Virus record (IMG/VR): IMGVR_UViG_3300031578_000005 | Span: 64,514-128,513 of that record | Source: a virus | Length of the DNA stretch: 64,000 bases | Direction: 5' to 3' (one strand) | In this document: in pieces, positions 28,905-39,229 of the stretch | Layout of the letters: each line of letters opens with the position of its first letter | Numbering within the stretch: position 1 is the stretch's first letter | Position numbers and translations under genes: made by a program | The notes under the pieces: model-generated | What the model was told of the DNA's origin: nothing | Seen by the model: only the letters and a program-made list of their open reading frames with translations | The model's database searches: none

Positions 28905-29597
28905 ATGAAAGCAAATGTAAATAACAAAAAAAATCAGAGTAGGTACAACAAGTCTGAAATTTTGAAACGGGCATGGAAAATTTTCAAGTCAGAAAACAAT
29001 GATAAGAACTTTGGTGATTGCTTGCGTGAAAGTTGGAGTATTGCCAAAAATGGTAATAACGTATCTACTTTTGAGGAGATATATAAAAAGTATAATAAAC
29101 AACTATACTATTTTATACTGGCAATGATAAAAAACGAAGACAGTGCCAAAGAAATTCTGCAAGATGTTTTCATGAGGTTAGACCGGCATTTTGAGGAGTA
29201 TGATGTATATAAGGCAAAAATTTCGACATGGTTACATACAATAGCGAAGAATCTTGTAATTGACTATATAAGAAAAGAAAAACAAACCCGTAACACCGTT
29301 AATGTGAGTGATTACGTAGATAGTGAAGGCAACGAATTTTTTATTGTTCCTGATAGCAGTAAAAGTTCGGGTTTAGTTGAGAATAAAGAGATCAGCGTAA
29401 AAATCGAATTAGCATTTGCAAATTTAAGTCCTAAACTCAAAAAAATCGCTGAATTGTATTTTATTGAGGAAAAACAATATCTGGAAATTTCAGATATTTT
29501 AAATATGCCAATGGGATCGGTAAAAGGTTATATTAATCGCATACGCTTGCAATTACAAACTGAATTAAAACAAGTCTACCAAACCATTGATCAATAG
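28905..29597 (+). CDS. ECF-type RNA polymerase sigma-70 factor with N-terminal extension
   Basis: Region 2 (FEEIYKKY..LY..AKEILQDVF..ISTWLHTIAKNLVIDYIRK) and region 4 (LSPK..YLEISDILNMPMGSVKGYINR). Confidence 0.9.
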   Translation: MKANVNNKKNQSRYNKSEILKRAWKIFKSENNDKNFGDCLRESWSIAKNGNNVSTFEEIYKKYNKQLYYFILAMIKNEDSAKEILQDVFMRLDRHFEEYDVYKAKISTWLHTIAKNLVIDYIRKEKQTRNTVNVSDYVDSEGNEFFIVPDSSKSSGLVENKEISVKIELAFANLSPKLKKIAELYFIEEKQYLEISDILNMPMGSVKGYINRIRLQLQTELKQVYQTIDQ

Positions 29598-29733
29598 GAC
29601 AATGTTCAGAACTGGTCGCAAATTGCAACCAGTTCATTTAATAAATACGGTTGTTATAAATGTAACTATTTTTAAATAAAAACGTATAAGTACATATACA
29701 ATGTTCAGAGTATAAACCTAAAATTATAAAGCA

Positions 29734-30060
29734 ATGACAATTAATTTAATAACACAATATGAATATGATTTATTAAAATCTATTCAAAAGGATTATCCAA
29801 TACTTACATTCCAAAATAATGGGTATGAATATATCAATAAAAATATGTTTTCTGAAATGGATAAAATTGCATTTGATAATATACATAACATATTAGCAAA
29901 GGCCATTGTTGGGTTTGTTAGGTTTGATAATTTTAAGTTGTCAAAGAAGGGTGAAATTAGAATACGTTTTCAATATTATTGGGATGAAAGATTTGCCGGT
30001 GTTGGTTATCTTGACTTAATTACTCTTTTAAATGGGTTTGAAGAAAATGAGTTGTGTTAA
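29734..30060 (+). CDS. Hypothetical early protein
   Basis: ORF with own ECF promoter and aaagcaATG start context. Confidence 0.65.
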   Translation: MTINLITQYEYDLLKSIQKDYPILTFQNNGYEYINKNMFSEMDKIAFDNIHNILAKAIVGFVRFDNFKLSKKGEIRIRFQYYWDERFAGVGYLDLITLLNGFEENELC

Positions 30061-30120
30061 TTGTAACCTTTTCAGGTCAATTTACGTATAAGTATATATA
30101 ACCAATTAAATCATAAAGCA

Positions 30121-30378
30121 ATGGCAACAACTAAAGCAAAACCAGCAGTAAGAAACTTATCAGTAATTTGTAGTGAGATTCGTAAAGATTGGGGATCAAA
30201 AATGTATTTTGGTGCCGTACCTTATTTTCAGGCAATGCAATGTTTGAATAGTGTCAATGACAATTACGGCATGGACAGCGGTAAAAGTATTGTGCTGTAT
30301 TTTTTAAGCAATGCCGGAATGTGGCGGGGTGATGTAGCCAAAAGAATTAAATTGGAATTGAAAGCATTGTGTAAATAG
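30121..30378 (+). CDS. Hypothetical early protein
   Basis: YFGAVPY..AM..YFLSNA..WRG; own promoter and terminator. Confidence 0.7.
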   Translation: MATTKAKPAVRNLSVICSEIRKDWGSKMYFGAVPYFQAMQCLNSVNDNYGMDSGKSIVLYFLSNAGMWRGDVAKRIKLELKALCK

Positions 30379-30500
30379 CTTTATTCCTAAAAAAAAACCC
30401 TTATGTTATTGTAAGGGTTTTTTTGTTTTAATCCGTAACCTTTTCAAGTCAATGTACGTATAGATATTATGACAATATACTAACATAAAAACGCAAAGCA

Positions 30501-30761
30501 ATGGATATTAATCTTGACCTAATAACAACGAAAAACTATCCCAATTCTACAATATTAGGAATTAACGAAACATTTTACCCAAATGAGGGCTGGGTTAATA
30601 AAGGTAATAGTATCGTTCTTAATCAACCAATTGATGTGTTAAAAACAATTATTAAATTAAGAATTGCCAACGGTGCAACAAATTTCAATTTTATTGTTAA
30701 GGATGAGTTTGATCAGATTCGTTATCCCGATTATTCGGCAAAGGAATTAATTGTTGCGTAA
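30501..30761 (+). CDS. Hypothetical early protein
   Basis: ORF with own promoter. Confidence 0.65.
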   Translation: MDINLDLITTKNYPNSTILGINETFYPNEGWVNKGNSIVLNQPIDVLKTIIKLRIANGATNFNFIVKDEFDQIRYPDYSAKELIVA

Positions 30762-30821
30762 TCCGTAACCTTTTCAGGTCAATGTACGTATATGTACATA
30801 TAAACCAAAAACATTAAAGCA

Positions 30822-31115
30822 ATGACAACTACTAATAATATCAGAACGTTTTACTTTAATACAGGTGTTAATCCCGCTAATGTACATAACCCCGAATTTC
30901 CTTATGAATATCATAAGAGGGTTGGCAATGTTATCCGTAACGGTGTTTTACAGATACCATTCGATTGTGAGAATGTACCTGAAAATGCCACATTCAAATT
31001 TTTGACCAGTAATCCCGAATTGGATGAAGCAAAAAACCCTGAAATTATTGTACGTAAAGTTTTAAATTCGTCTATGGCTAGTGAATATGCTTACTTTATT
31101 GTGCCATCACTGTAA
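30822..31115 (+). CDS. Hypothetical early protein
   Basis: Stop codon is the TAA of the next promoter. Confidence 0.65.
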   Translation: MTTTNNIRTFYFNTGVNPANVHNPEFPYEYHKRVGNVIRNGVLQIPFDCENVPENATFKFLTSNPELDEAKNPEIIVRKVLNSSMASEYAYFIVPSL

Positions 31116-31169
31116 CCTTTTCTGGTCAATGTACGTATAGATATCATAAACCAATTAAAACATCAGGCA

Positions 31170-31517
31170 ATGACAACAATTAGAAAAACGTCAGAAAAAG
31201 CAACATATTTAGAGGGTAATTTTTATTTACGTGATGAGAAAATTAATTGGGCACACCCAATTAATTTTCCAACAATTTTCGTTGCATATGGAGCAGCAAT
31301 AAAAAGTGGTAATTGGCAGAAATGTACAAGTATTAATACACCTCAATACGTTATTGATAATTATTTTAACAAACAATCAAGAGTATTAAGTGGTTTGTGG
31401 AAATATTGTTTTGAACTTGAAAAAATAACATGGAAACAAGTAAATGAAAATAAAGACCAAGTACTACAACTCATTAATTTGGCAAACAATGAGTTATTAA
31501 AATTGAAACCATTGTAA
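31170..31517 (+). CDS. Hypothetical early protein
   Basis: Stop codon is the TAA of the next promoter. Confidence 0.65.
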   Translation: MTTIRKTSEKATYLEGNFYLRDEKINWAHPINFPTIFVAYGAAIKSGNWQKCTSINTPQYVIDNYFNKQSRVLSGLWKYCFELEKITWKQVNENKDQVLQLINLANNELLKLKPL

Positions 31518-31571
31518 CTTTTTCAGGTCAATGTACGTATAATAATTATAAACAAATTAAAACATCAGGCA

Positions 31572-31784
31572 ATGAAATCAGAATTTGAATTAAGGGATAA
31601 TCAATATCTGCCAAATGGTTTAGGTAAACCCGCTGAAACTTATTACTATATTGTTAATGATAAGGGTCAGATAATCAATAAGAAAACGTTAAAACCATAT
31701 CGGGGCAAACAAATGGATAATTATGCCTTTAAAAACATTGCAGTTGCACAGGCATTTTTAAAAATAATTAATAACACCCTGTAA
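31572..31784 (+). CDS. Hypothetical early protein
   Basis: Stop codon is the TAA of the next promoter. Confidence 0.65.
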   Translation: MKSEFELRDNQYLPNGLGKPAETYYYIVNDKGQIINKKTLKPYRGKQMDNYAFKNIAVAQAFLKIINNTL

Positions 31785-31835
31785 CCTTTTCTGGTCAATG
31801 TACGTATAATAATTACACCAAAACATCAAAGCAAA

Positions 31836-32117
31836 ATGAAAACGATTCAAGATTATGTAAATGAGATTAAAATTGCTAGTGATGCAGATTGGAAACGTAA
31901 TGGTTACATATTACCTCCACCTGAATTTTCAATTGAACAAGGCAAAAAATATTCAAGAATTGTCAGAACCTCACTGGGTTCGAATAGCGTTCATTGTTTT
32001 GTAGATGCAGAAGGAAACATCTATAAAGCATCGAGTTGGAAAGTACCAGCTAAGGGAATAAGAGGAAACATAAATAACGATAAAAAACCTTTACTTGGTA
32101 GAGATTATTACCGATAA
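31836..32117 (+). CDS. Conserved hypothetical phage protein
   Basis: GKKY.RI..SVHCFVD..GNIYKASSWK.PAKG.RGNI. Confidence 0.7.
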   Translation: MKTIQDYVNEIKIASDADWKRNGYILPPPEFSIEQGKKYSRIVRTSLGSNSVHCFVDAEGNIYKASSWKVPAKGIRGNINNDKKPLLGRDYYR

Positions 32118-32172
32118 GATTCTTTTACATAACAATTACGGCAATGTACGTATAAATCTAAAAATTACGACA

Positions 32173-32388
32173 ATGATAAATGAAAATTTCATGATAACAT
32201 TTAAGTGTTTGTATTTATTAATATTAAATACTGGTGGTGATTTTGAAGAACTGTTTGATCCGATGTTAGAATCAGCGTCATTTGATTTTGATAATGGCAA
32301 TATCGAACAAGCGCAAAAGAAACTTAAATTTGTGCAAGAATCAATTATTAAGGTATTGGAAGAAAGTTTTGATGGTCAATTGAATTAA
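32173..32388 (+). CDS. Hypothetical protein
   Basis: ORF. Confidence 0.55.
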   Translation: MINENFMITFKCLYLLILNTGGDFEELFDPMLESASFDFDNGNIEQAQKKLKFVQESIIKVLEESFDGQLN

Positions 32389-32446
32389 ATCCTAACCTTT
32401 TCTGGCTAATGTACGTATAAGTATTATAAACCAAAACATCAAGACA

Positions 32447-32806
32447 ATGACAGCAATTATTAAATTTGAAGCAAAAGTTACTCCCGAACAAATGTCAGAC
32501 CTGATGGTAACAGCATTAGAGGGTGGAATTAACTACTGGTGTGGTAAGGTCAAGAAATTAGATGAACCATTGGATGATGATGAATATCTTTCTGATGTAA
32601 TTGGCAGAGGTGGTAGACTAAAACTCTATGATGCCGAATCGGATGACACATGGATACTTGATCAGGAAATGTTTTTAAAGGGGTTGAAAATGTACATGAT
32701 TAAAAATGGTTATTTATCTGTTGAAGACCTGATCGATGGTCATGATGCTGAAACTGCTGATTGTATTATTCAATATGCGATATTTGACGAAATTACGTTT
32801 GGTTAG
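32447..32806 (+). CDS. Acidic hypothetical phage protein
   Basis: ALEGGINYW..DAETADCIIQYAIFDEITFG. Confidence 0.7.
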   Translation: MTAIIKFEAKVTPEQMSDLMVTALEGGINYWCGKVKKLDEPLDDDEYLSDVIGRGGRLKLYDAESDDTWILDQEMFLKGLKMYMIKNGYLSVEDLIDGHDAETADCIIQYAIFDEITFG

Positions 32807-32909
32807 TTGGTTTGCTTTCAAAAACCCGTGTATGCTTTCACGGGTTTTTTTTTGTTTTAATCTGTAACAATTTTAGTTAAAATCCGTATAATAATCAAAA
32901 TTTAAAGTC

Positions 32910-33113
32910 ATGAAAGAAAATTTTACAAGACAAGAAGTTATTAATATCTTAGTGTCCACATTATTATTTTCGGGAGCGAATAATAATCAGGGTTTAGCTA
33001 AAATATCAGGTAAAAACTTTGGCGAACAAGCTGAAACGATTATCAATGCCAATGAAAAATATTATGATACGGGTAAGTCAATAATTTCTGTTGTTGCTGA
33101 ATTTACTAAGTAG
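32910..33113 (+). CDS. Hypothetical protein
   Basis: ORF with own promoter. Confidence 0.55.
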   Translation: MKENFTRQEVINILVSTLLFSGANNNQGLAKISGKNFGEQAETIINANEKYYDTGKSIISVVAEFTK

Positions 33114-33175
33114 TTTTGTAACCTTTTCAGGTCAATGTACGTATAGATATTATAAACAAATTAAAACCTGTTATT

Positions 33176-33376
33176 ATGATTTGTGAATTAGTAACAACCA
33201 AAGTAATTACGGTCATTGAGTTTAATAAATATCAAAGACTGGATAAGACCGGTTTAAATCCTGCTGGTGTTCATAATACCTATTCAGGTGGTTATTGGAA
33301 TGTTTTTAATTACGATAAGAACTTAATTGAGTTCTTGGATAATAATAATATCCTGTATTCAGTCAATGAAGTGTAA
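33176..33376 (+). CDS. Hypothetical protein
   Basis: Stop within next promoter. Confidence 0.55.
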   Translation: MICELVTTKVITVIEFNKYQRLDKTGLNPAGVHNTYSGGYWNVFNYDKNLIEFLDNNNILYSVNEV

Positions 33377-33429
33377 CAACTTCAGGTCAATGTACGTATA
33401 AGAATTATAAACCAATTAAATCAATTACA

Positions 33430-33764
33430 ATGAAAATCTTAACGGTCAAAATTTTAAAAGCATTTGAAAAGCAAGGTTATTGTGGTGATAAAAAACTGAG
33501 GAAATAAAAATTGTCATGAAACCTTTTAATCCCACTGGTGCAGGAACGTGGTACTTATATGAAAAAGACGGCGATGATATTTACTGGGGATTTGTAAATC
33601 TGGGTGATTCCGAAATGGCCGAATGTGGCACTGTATCAATGCAAGAATTAATGGCTTATCGTGGCAGGTTTGGTTTGGGTATTGAAAGAGATATGAGTTT
33701 TGAGCCATTATCAATGAGTTTGAAAGAAGTGATTGAAACCATTAAAAGTGGTGGTCACGTGTGA
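33430..33764 (+). pseudogene. DUF2958-like protein, frameshifted near 33495
   Basis: MKILTVKILKAFEKQG.. stops early; second frame has FNPTGAGTWYLYE..FVNLG..ECGTVS..EL..GLGIERD. Confidence 0.6.
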
Positions 33765-33942
33765 AAATATTTGCAGTCAATGTTTTGTTTTAATCTTGTC
33801 AGCCCGTTGTATTGTTTAACCAGAACGACAACGGGTTTTTTAATTTTATTCGAATTAGAGTAGTTACACTACTTGTTTTGTAACATTTTCCGATAAAACC
33901 CGTATAATAATCATAAGCAATGTACAACTAATAACTAAAGCA

Positions 33943-34293
33943 ATGACAACCTTAAAGCAAGTTAAACCCAGAATTATTGTCTATGATAATGAAGGTGATT
34001 CATTTGATAGATACACAATCATTGATACTAAAAATGGTGATATGTATGGTGCAAGTGACCAACCTTTTGCCCCACAAGGTTTCGGACAATATTGTGGTAA
34101 CTTGGTTGATTCATATATGACACAAACTTATGGTGCTTGTTATGCCAAACGTACACCAACACAAGTTAAATCCATAATGCAAGAGCAAATTAATATTGCC
34201 GATGGTGATGTAAAATGGTTAGGTAAAAGGATTAAAGACAATAACGATTTGCCGGAAGGTGTTCAAAAATATATTAAACAAATATTGGAATAG
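33943..34293 (+). CDS. Hypothetical protein
   Basis: YDNEGDSFDRYTI..PFAPQGFGQ. Confidence 0.65.
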   Translation: MTTLKQVKPRIIVYDNEGDSFDRYTIIDTKNGDMYGASDQPFAPQGFGQYCGNLVDSYMTQTYGACYAKRTPTQVKSIMQEQINIADGDVKWLGKRIKDNNDLPEGVQKYIKQILE

Positions 34294-34380
34294 TTTTAAA
34301 TTAAAAACCCCCGTAACTATTTGCAGGGTTTTTCGTATAATGTACAACGTGTTAATGTACTAAACTAAAACATTAAAGCA

Positions 34381-34728
34381 ATGACAAACATAGAGCTTAA
34401 AAACAAATTGATTGAGTTGTTTCCTGAATACAAATTTACCTGTGATGAAAAGGAATTTGATTGTATTCATGGTGTAATGGAATTGAAACCAAGAACGTTC
34501 AGAGATGGTAAAAAGAATTTAGTTAAAACTCGAAATAGGATTATCTTTGTTAGTTCTGAAATGTATCCTAATACCAATAGGAATTTCAGATATGCCTTAA
34601 ATTATACCACATCACAAATTAGAATGTATCGTCATAAAAATTGGTCAGACAATGAATATAAGAAAGCATTTGCCAGTGGTAAGACCGATGAAATTTTGTT
34701 AGGTGAAATAAAAATGCTATTTAACTAA
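34381..34728 (+). CDS. Hypothetical protein
   Basis: ORF with own promoter. Confidence 0.6.
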   Translation: MTNIELKNKLIELFPEYKFTCDEKEFDCIHGVMELKPRTFRDGKKNLVKTRNRIIFVSSEMYPNTNRNFRYALNYTTSQIRMYRHKNWSDNEYKKAFASGKTDEILLGEIKMLFN

Positions 34729-34755
34729 AACTGTTAAAAGGGAAAGGGTTTGATT

Positions 34756-34998
34756 ATGAACAAAATCTATACAATCGAATATAAGGGCGAAAGCATGATC
34801 GGCACATCATTTTTTGTCGTTGTTGTTGTCGCTGCATCTGGTGATATTGCAAGAGAATATGTTAAAAATAAGATTGGTATTGATGCCGAACCTACGTGCC
34901 TAGTGAATGCAACGTACCCGACAATTTATGTACGTGATGGAAGTGTACCTGAACGAATACAAGCAAAAATACTTTATAATGGCAATTGTCATTATTAA
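34756..34998 (+). CDS. Hypothetical protein
   Basis: ORF. Confidence 0.5.
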   Translation: MNKIYTIEYKGESMIGTSFFVVVVVAASGDIAREYVKNKIGIDAEPTCLVNATYPTIYVRDGSVPERIQAKILYNGNCHY

Positions 34999-35083
34999 TA
35001 AAAAATCACATAACATTTTCAATTAATTTCCGTATAATAATAATCATAAGCAATATACTAACTAAAACCAAAAACATCAGGTA

Positions 35084-35290
35084 ATGAAAGCAAAAAATTT
35101 AACAATTCATCAAAAAATAAATTACCGTTCATATTTTAGAATGGTAGAAGAAGACTCTTTCTTTATGAGGGCAAATAGAATATATAGGTCTTTTATGTAT
35201 TCAACAAGTTGTGTATTTGATTTAAACATTCCTTATCATAAAGAATTATGCCTGCCTTTGAATCATGGGTTAGCCAGAAATGCAAGATAA
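35084..35290 (+). CDS. Hypothetical protein
   Basis: ORF with own promoter. Confidence 0.5.
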   Translation: MKAKNLTIHQKINYRSYFRMVEEDSFFMRANRIYRSFMYSTSCVFDLNIPYHKELCLPLNHGLARNAR

Positions 35291-35606
35291 ATATCAATAC
35301 GAGTTAAAATAATAATCTAAAACTACTATCATGAATGAAGTTAAGGTTAATGGCAGCACTTACTATGCCGATGTAAGGAATAGAATTCTTTATGAAGACC
35401 GGGAAAAAACCAAAGGGACTCCCTTTTCATTCCTAACAAAAAATGAACTGGAACAAGTTGAAAGAGAATTAAGATTCCCTCGAACAAAAAAAGTTGATAA
35501 GGACTAAATAAACATGTTTTAATTAAAAACCCTTGTAACATCTACAGGGGTTTTTACGTATAATAACTATAAGCAATTATAATATTAACTTAAAATACTT
35601 AAAGCA

Positions 35607-35849
35607 ATGAAACGAAAAATTTATTATGTTGTTGAGAAGGAACTTAATAACATAGATGGAAATGAAGAAGCTACTGGGTTTAAAACCATTAGCTTGTATG
35701 GGATTGTAACTGATTTTGCAAAAACTGATTTAATATCGGTAGGTGTAATCAATGATGTTTCTAATGCTGATAAGTCAACCGATGTAATTCAAGACTATTT
35801 GAATGATAATGGCATGGGTGATGAAGAATTTGAATTTAAACAATTATAA
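35607..35849 (+). CDS. Acidic hypothetical protein
   Basis: ORF with own promoter. Confidence 0.6.
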   Translation: MKRKIYYVVEKELNNIDGNEEATGFKTISLYGIVTDFAKTDLISVGVINDVSNADKSTDVIQDYLNDNGMGDEEFEFKQL

Positions 35850-35927
35850 CTGATTTAAATTAAAAACCCTGTAACTTTCACAGGGGTTTTTACGTATAAT
35901 AATCATGAACAAATTAATTTTAACGTT

Positions 35928-36152
35928 ATGACAATTACAGTATTTGTTGAACCTAAATCATTAACAATTTTTTTAGAGGTAACTAAAATATTAAAAGATT
36001 TAACAATTAATAATACTTATATTTTTAATCCCTCTGATTTAGTCTTTACTGAAGCAATGATCTCAAATTGGATTTGGATTAACATGGAGATTGAAGAATA
36101 TTTGAAGTTGAAATATTGCATTGGTAAATTAGTTTTGAATCGATCTAAATAA
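35928..36152 (+). CDS. Hypothetical protein
   Basis: ORF with own promoter. Confidence 0.55.
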   Translation: MTITVFVEPKSLTIFLEVTKILKDLTINNTYIFNPSDLVFTEAMISNWIWINMEIEEYLKLKYCIGKLVLNRSK

Positions 36153-36199
36153 GTATTAAACCCTTGTAACATCTACAGGGGTTTTTACGTATAATAACT

Positions 36200-36290
36200 A
36201 TATTGCAAGGGTTGGTGGCCACAAGCTATCGAGAGAGTGGACTCCAAAGCACCTGATATTCTAATTATTTAGACTCAAAGTAAATAAGGC
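36200..36290 (+). ncRNA. Candidate small RNA, copy 1
   Basis: ORF-less unit behind ECF promoter; homologous to 42550-42635. Confidence 0.5.
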
Positions 36291-36364
36291 TTTTAAACAA
36301 AAACTTCTGTAACATTTTTAAATAGAAATCGTATAATGGCTATAAACAAATTAAAACAATTACT

Positions 36365-37297
36365 ATGGAAACCAAAGCAAAAACAGAAAAACAGATTGAA
36401 AGGGACTTACAAAGGGCCGAAGTTAATAAGAGAAGATCAAATGCAAGTCCTAAGACAGTCAGCTTAAATGAGCTGTTATTCCCTGTTGATCTTACTGATG
36501 AAGAATTACCATCTAATTCTGAGTATAGTCGTAGGGTTATTGGTATTATTGGTGGTTCAGACTTTTTATTGAATCAGTGTTCACCCCGTTATGAACTGGT
36601 TAAGAACGTCGATATCTTTCCTGAAATTGAAAAGGTATTAAATGCCAATTCCATCATTTTTACACCTGAGTATAAACATGTTGAACATGTAAAATTCTTT
36701 GCTGATTATCAACTCACTGATCCGGCTTTATCACATAGGATTATTGATAGCAACGATATTATTCAACCGATGTTAAGGGTTCAACATTCATATAATGGCT
36801 TGACCAAATACAGAATTGTTTTTGGTTATTTCCGTTTGGTTTGTAGCAATGGTTTGGTTATTCCCGTTAAGGAAATGGCAGAATATAATCTGGTTATTGT
36901 CGGTAAACACACCGAAAGCATTTTGCATTCATTTTCAAAATTGAATGAAATGTTAACAAACTTCTTCACCAACAAAAAAATTACTGCTGAAATTTTGTCA
37001 AAGTATGATGGCCTTGGTGGTCGCATGGTTGTAAAACCACAAGATCGCATTTTGGAGGTTTTAAAGGCCACGGGTATAAATGCTGTTGATAATTCAAAGT
37101 TCAATACCGTTGATAATATCATGGGTAGAATTAACGTTGAATTGAATCAAAATCTGGGTTATAAAGTCGTTAATGACTGGTTGGTTTACAATGGTATTAA
37201 CCAATACATAAATGACAATTCAGTTAACATCGCATCACCGGATAAACGTTCAGAAACCGATTCAAAAGTATTTGAGTACATGCTGGAATATGCATAG
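36365..37297 (+). CDS. DUF932/DUF945-family protein
   Basis: SPRYELVKN..; VQHSYNG..GYFRLVCSNGL. Confidence 0.75.
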   Translation: METKAKTEKQIERDLQRAEVNKRRSNASPKTVSLNELLFPVDLTDEELPSNSEYSRRVIGIIGGSDFLLNQCSPRYELVKNVDIFPEIEKVLNANSIIFTPEYKHVEHVKFFADYQLTDPALSHRIIDSNDIIQPMLRVQHSYNGLTKYRIVFGYFRLVCSNGLVIPVKEMAEYNLVIVGKHTESILHSFSKLNEMLTNFFTNKKITAEILSKYDGLGGRMVVKPQDRILEVLKATGINAVDNSKFNTVDNIMGRINVELNQNLGYKVVNDWLVYNGINQYINDNSVNIASPDKRSETDSKVFEYMLEYA

Positions 37298-37399
37298 GTC
37301 AATGTACAATAATTGAGGTAGTATATAATGTACTACCTCTTTTGTAACATTTTCTGATAAAAATCCGTATAAGTACATATAAACCAAAACATCAAAGCA

Positions 37400-37780
37400 A
37401 TGAAAAAATCACTGGAATTATTAAGGAAGGGTTTTCAATCATCATCGGGTTTAACACCTGAGTTTGTACAGTTTTTCAGAACTTTCAAAAGTGAGTTCAC
37501 CAAAGAATTAAAAAGTATTGGTGCAACGGCAATTGTTTTCAGCCGTGGTCATTTTTACTTGTCGGGTTTTTTCACTGTTGACGATCAGATATGGTATTTT
37601 AGCCTTAGCGATGTACGTGGCATGGATTATAGTTTAGTCCATAATCCCGATAGTTGTATGAGTAAATTACTGTATCGTACAGCAACGTCTTATAAGGATT
37701 ATACTGGTGGTCAAAACAGATATGCAGTTATTAAAAAGGGCATGGCCGAAAATATGTGCTGGTCATTCAAGGCCATATAA
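37400..37780 (+). CDS. Hypothetical protein
   Basis: GHFYLSGFF..YFSLSDVR..LLYRTA..KDYTGGQN. Confidence 0.7.
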   Translation: MKKSLELLRKGFQSSSGLTPEFVQFFRTFKSEFTKELKSIGATAIVFSRGHFYLSGFFTVDDQIWYFSLSDVRGMDYSLVHNPDSCMSKLLYRTATSYKDYTGGQNRYAVIKKGMAENMCWSFKAI

Positions 37781-37866
37781 TTTTAATTAAAAATATTTAA
37801 AATTCCCTGTAACAATTACGGGGGTTTTTTCGTATAAGTACATATAAACCAATTAAATCTATTGCA

Positions 37867-38241
37867 ATGACAGCTATAATAAAAGAAAAAGTTTTAGAGG
37901 GCAATAAACTCATTGCTGAATTTATGAGCCTAAAAGCTATGGAAGTGGCCAAAGGAATGCTAGATATAAAATACGAACATAACTTTACAACACATGGATT
38001 CAAAGAGCAAACCCACGAAGGATGCTTATTATTTCATTCATCTTGGGATTGGCTTATGCCAGTTATAAACAAAGCAATTGATTATGGTTTTCATTATCAA
38101 TTAGCTAATGGTGAGATAACTTGCTGGGCTGATGGTATGTATAAATATTATGCACCATATACGTCAGACAATGAAATATTAACAAATTGTTGGGTTGCAG
38201 TAGTAGAATTTATTAAATGGTATAATAACAATAAATATTAA
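37867..38241 (+). CDS. Hypothetical protein
   Basis: NKLIAEFM..FHSSWDWLMPV..AVVEFIKWYN. Confidence 0.7.
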   Translation: MTAIIKEKVLEGNKLIAEFMSLKAMEVAKGMLDIKYEHNFTTHGFKEQTHEGCLLFHSSWDWLMPVINKAIDYGFHYQLANGEITCWADGMYKYYAPYTSDNEILTNCWVAVVEFIKWYNNNKY

Positions 38242-38429
38242 AACAATGATTTATATTTTAACTATTGTTGGTGTTATAGTCGGAATCAATCTGATATTGT
38301 TCGGATATGTTCTATGAAAATTGTACAAATGGTCAAAGGATATTCATCCTAAAGATCAAAATGATGAAGTGTAACATCTACTGATAATGTTCGTATAACA
38401 ACTATAAAAAACAATTAAATTTTACGATA

Positions 38430-39200
38430 ATGAAAATTTCAACATTAAAAATATTACTAAAATATTGCACTAAAGATCAGATTAGAAATGCTGATTTTAG
38501 TGGTGCTAATTTTAGTCGTGCTGATTTTAGTGGTGCTGATTTTAGACATGCTAATTTTAGTGGTGCTGATTTTGGTTATGCTAATTTTAGAGATGCTAAT
38601 TTTAGACATGCTGATTTTAGTGGTGCTGATTTTGGTTATGCTGATTTTAGAGATGCTGATTTTAGACATGCTGATTTTAGTGGTGCTGATTTTAGTGGTG
38701 CTAATTTTAGTTATGCTAATTTTAGAGATGCTAATTTTGGTTATGCTAATTTTAGTTATGCTAATTTTGGTTATGCTAATTTTAGAGATGCTAATTTTGG
38801 TTATGCTAATTTTAGTGGTGCTGATTTTAGTCGTGCTGATTTTAGTATAATAATTAATGAAAATACTTTTGGTTTAACAATTAATTGTCCTTTAGAAGGA
38901 TCATTTATTGGATATAAGAAAACCGGTGGCTATATCATTGTACTTGAAATATGTAGTGATTCAAAAAGAAGTTCAGCCACTACATATAAATGTCGTGCAT
39001 CAAAAACTAAAACAATAAGAATTGAAAATATTGATAAAACAATTGCTGATATTACGAAGATTTCTAGTGGTTATGATTCAAATTTTATTTATGAAATTGG
39101 TAAAATAAATGAAGTTAATAATTTTGATGATAATCGTTGGAATGAATGCTCAACAGGAATACATTTTTTCATGTCACGTCAAATGGCAGTTAATTATTAA
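38430..39200 (+). CDS. Pentapeptide-repeat protein with DUF5758-like C-terminus
   Basis: ~23 A(D/N)F(S/R/G)x repeats (15-bp DNA repeat, 38488-38845), then GSFIGYKK..KCRA..ECSTGIHFF. Confidence 0.85.
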   Translation: MKISTLKILLKYCTKDQIRNADFSGANFSRADFSGADFRHANFSGADFGYANFRDANFRHADFSGADFGYADFRDADFRHADFSGADFSGANFSYANFRDANFGYANFSYANFGYANFRDANFGYANFSGADFSRADFSIIINENTFGLTINCPLEGSFIGYKKTGGYIIVLEICSDSKRSSATTYKCRASKTKTIRIENIDKTIADITKISSGYDSNFIYEIGKINEVNNFDDNRWNECSTGIHFFMSRQMAVNY

Positions 39201-39229
39201 CCAGTAACAACCAATTAAATTTTACGATA

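Noticed and set aside
30062-33400. CRISPR array interpretation of the ~29-bp repeats
   Set aside because: Intervening sequences are 250-400-bp genes, the repeats have -35/-10 promoter structure, and no cas genes are present.
38457-38850. ORFs 38488..38850 (+) and 38457..38669 (-) with MLILV/KISx repeats
   Set aside because: Alternative-frame shadows of the pentapeptide repeat.
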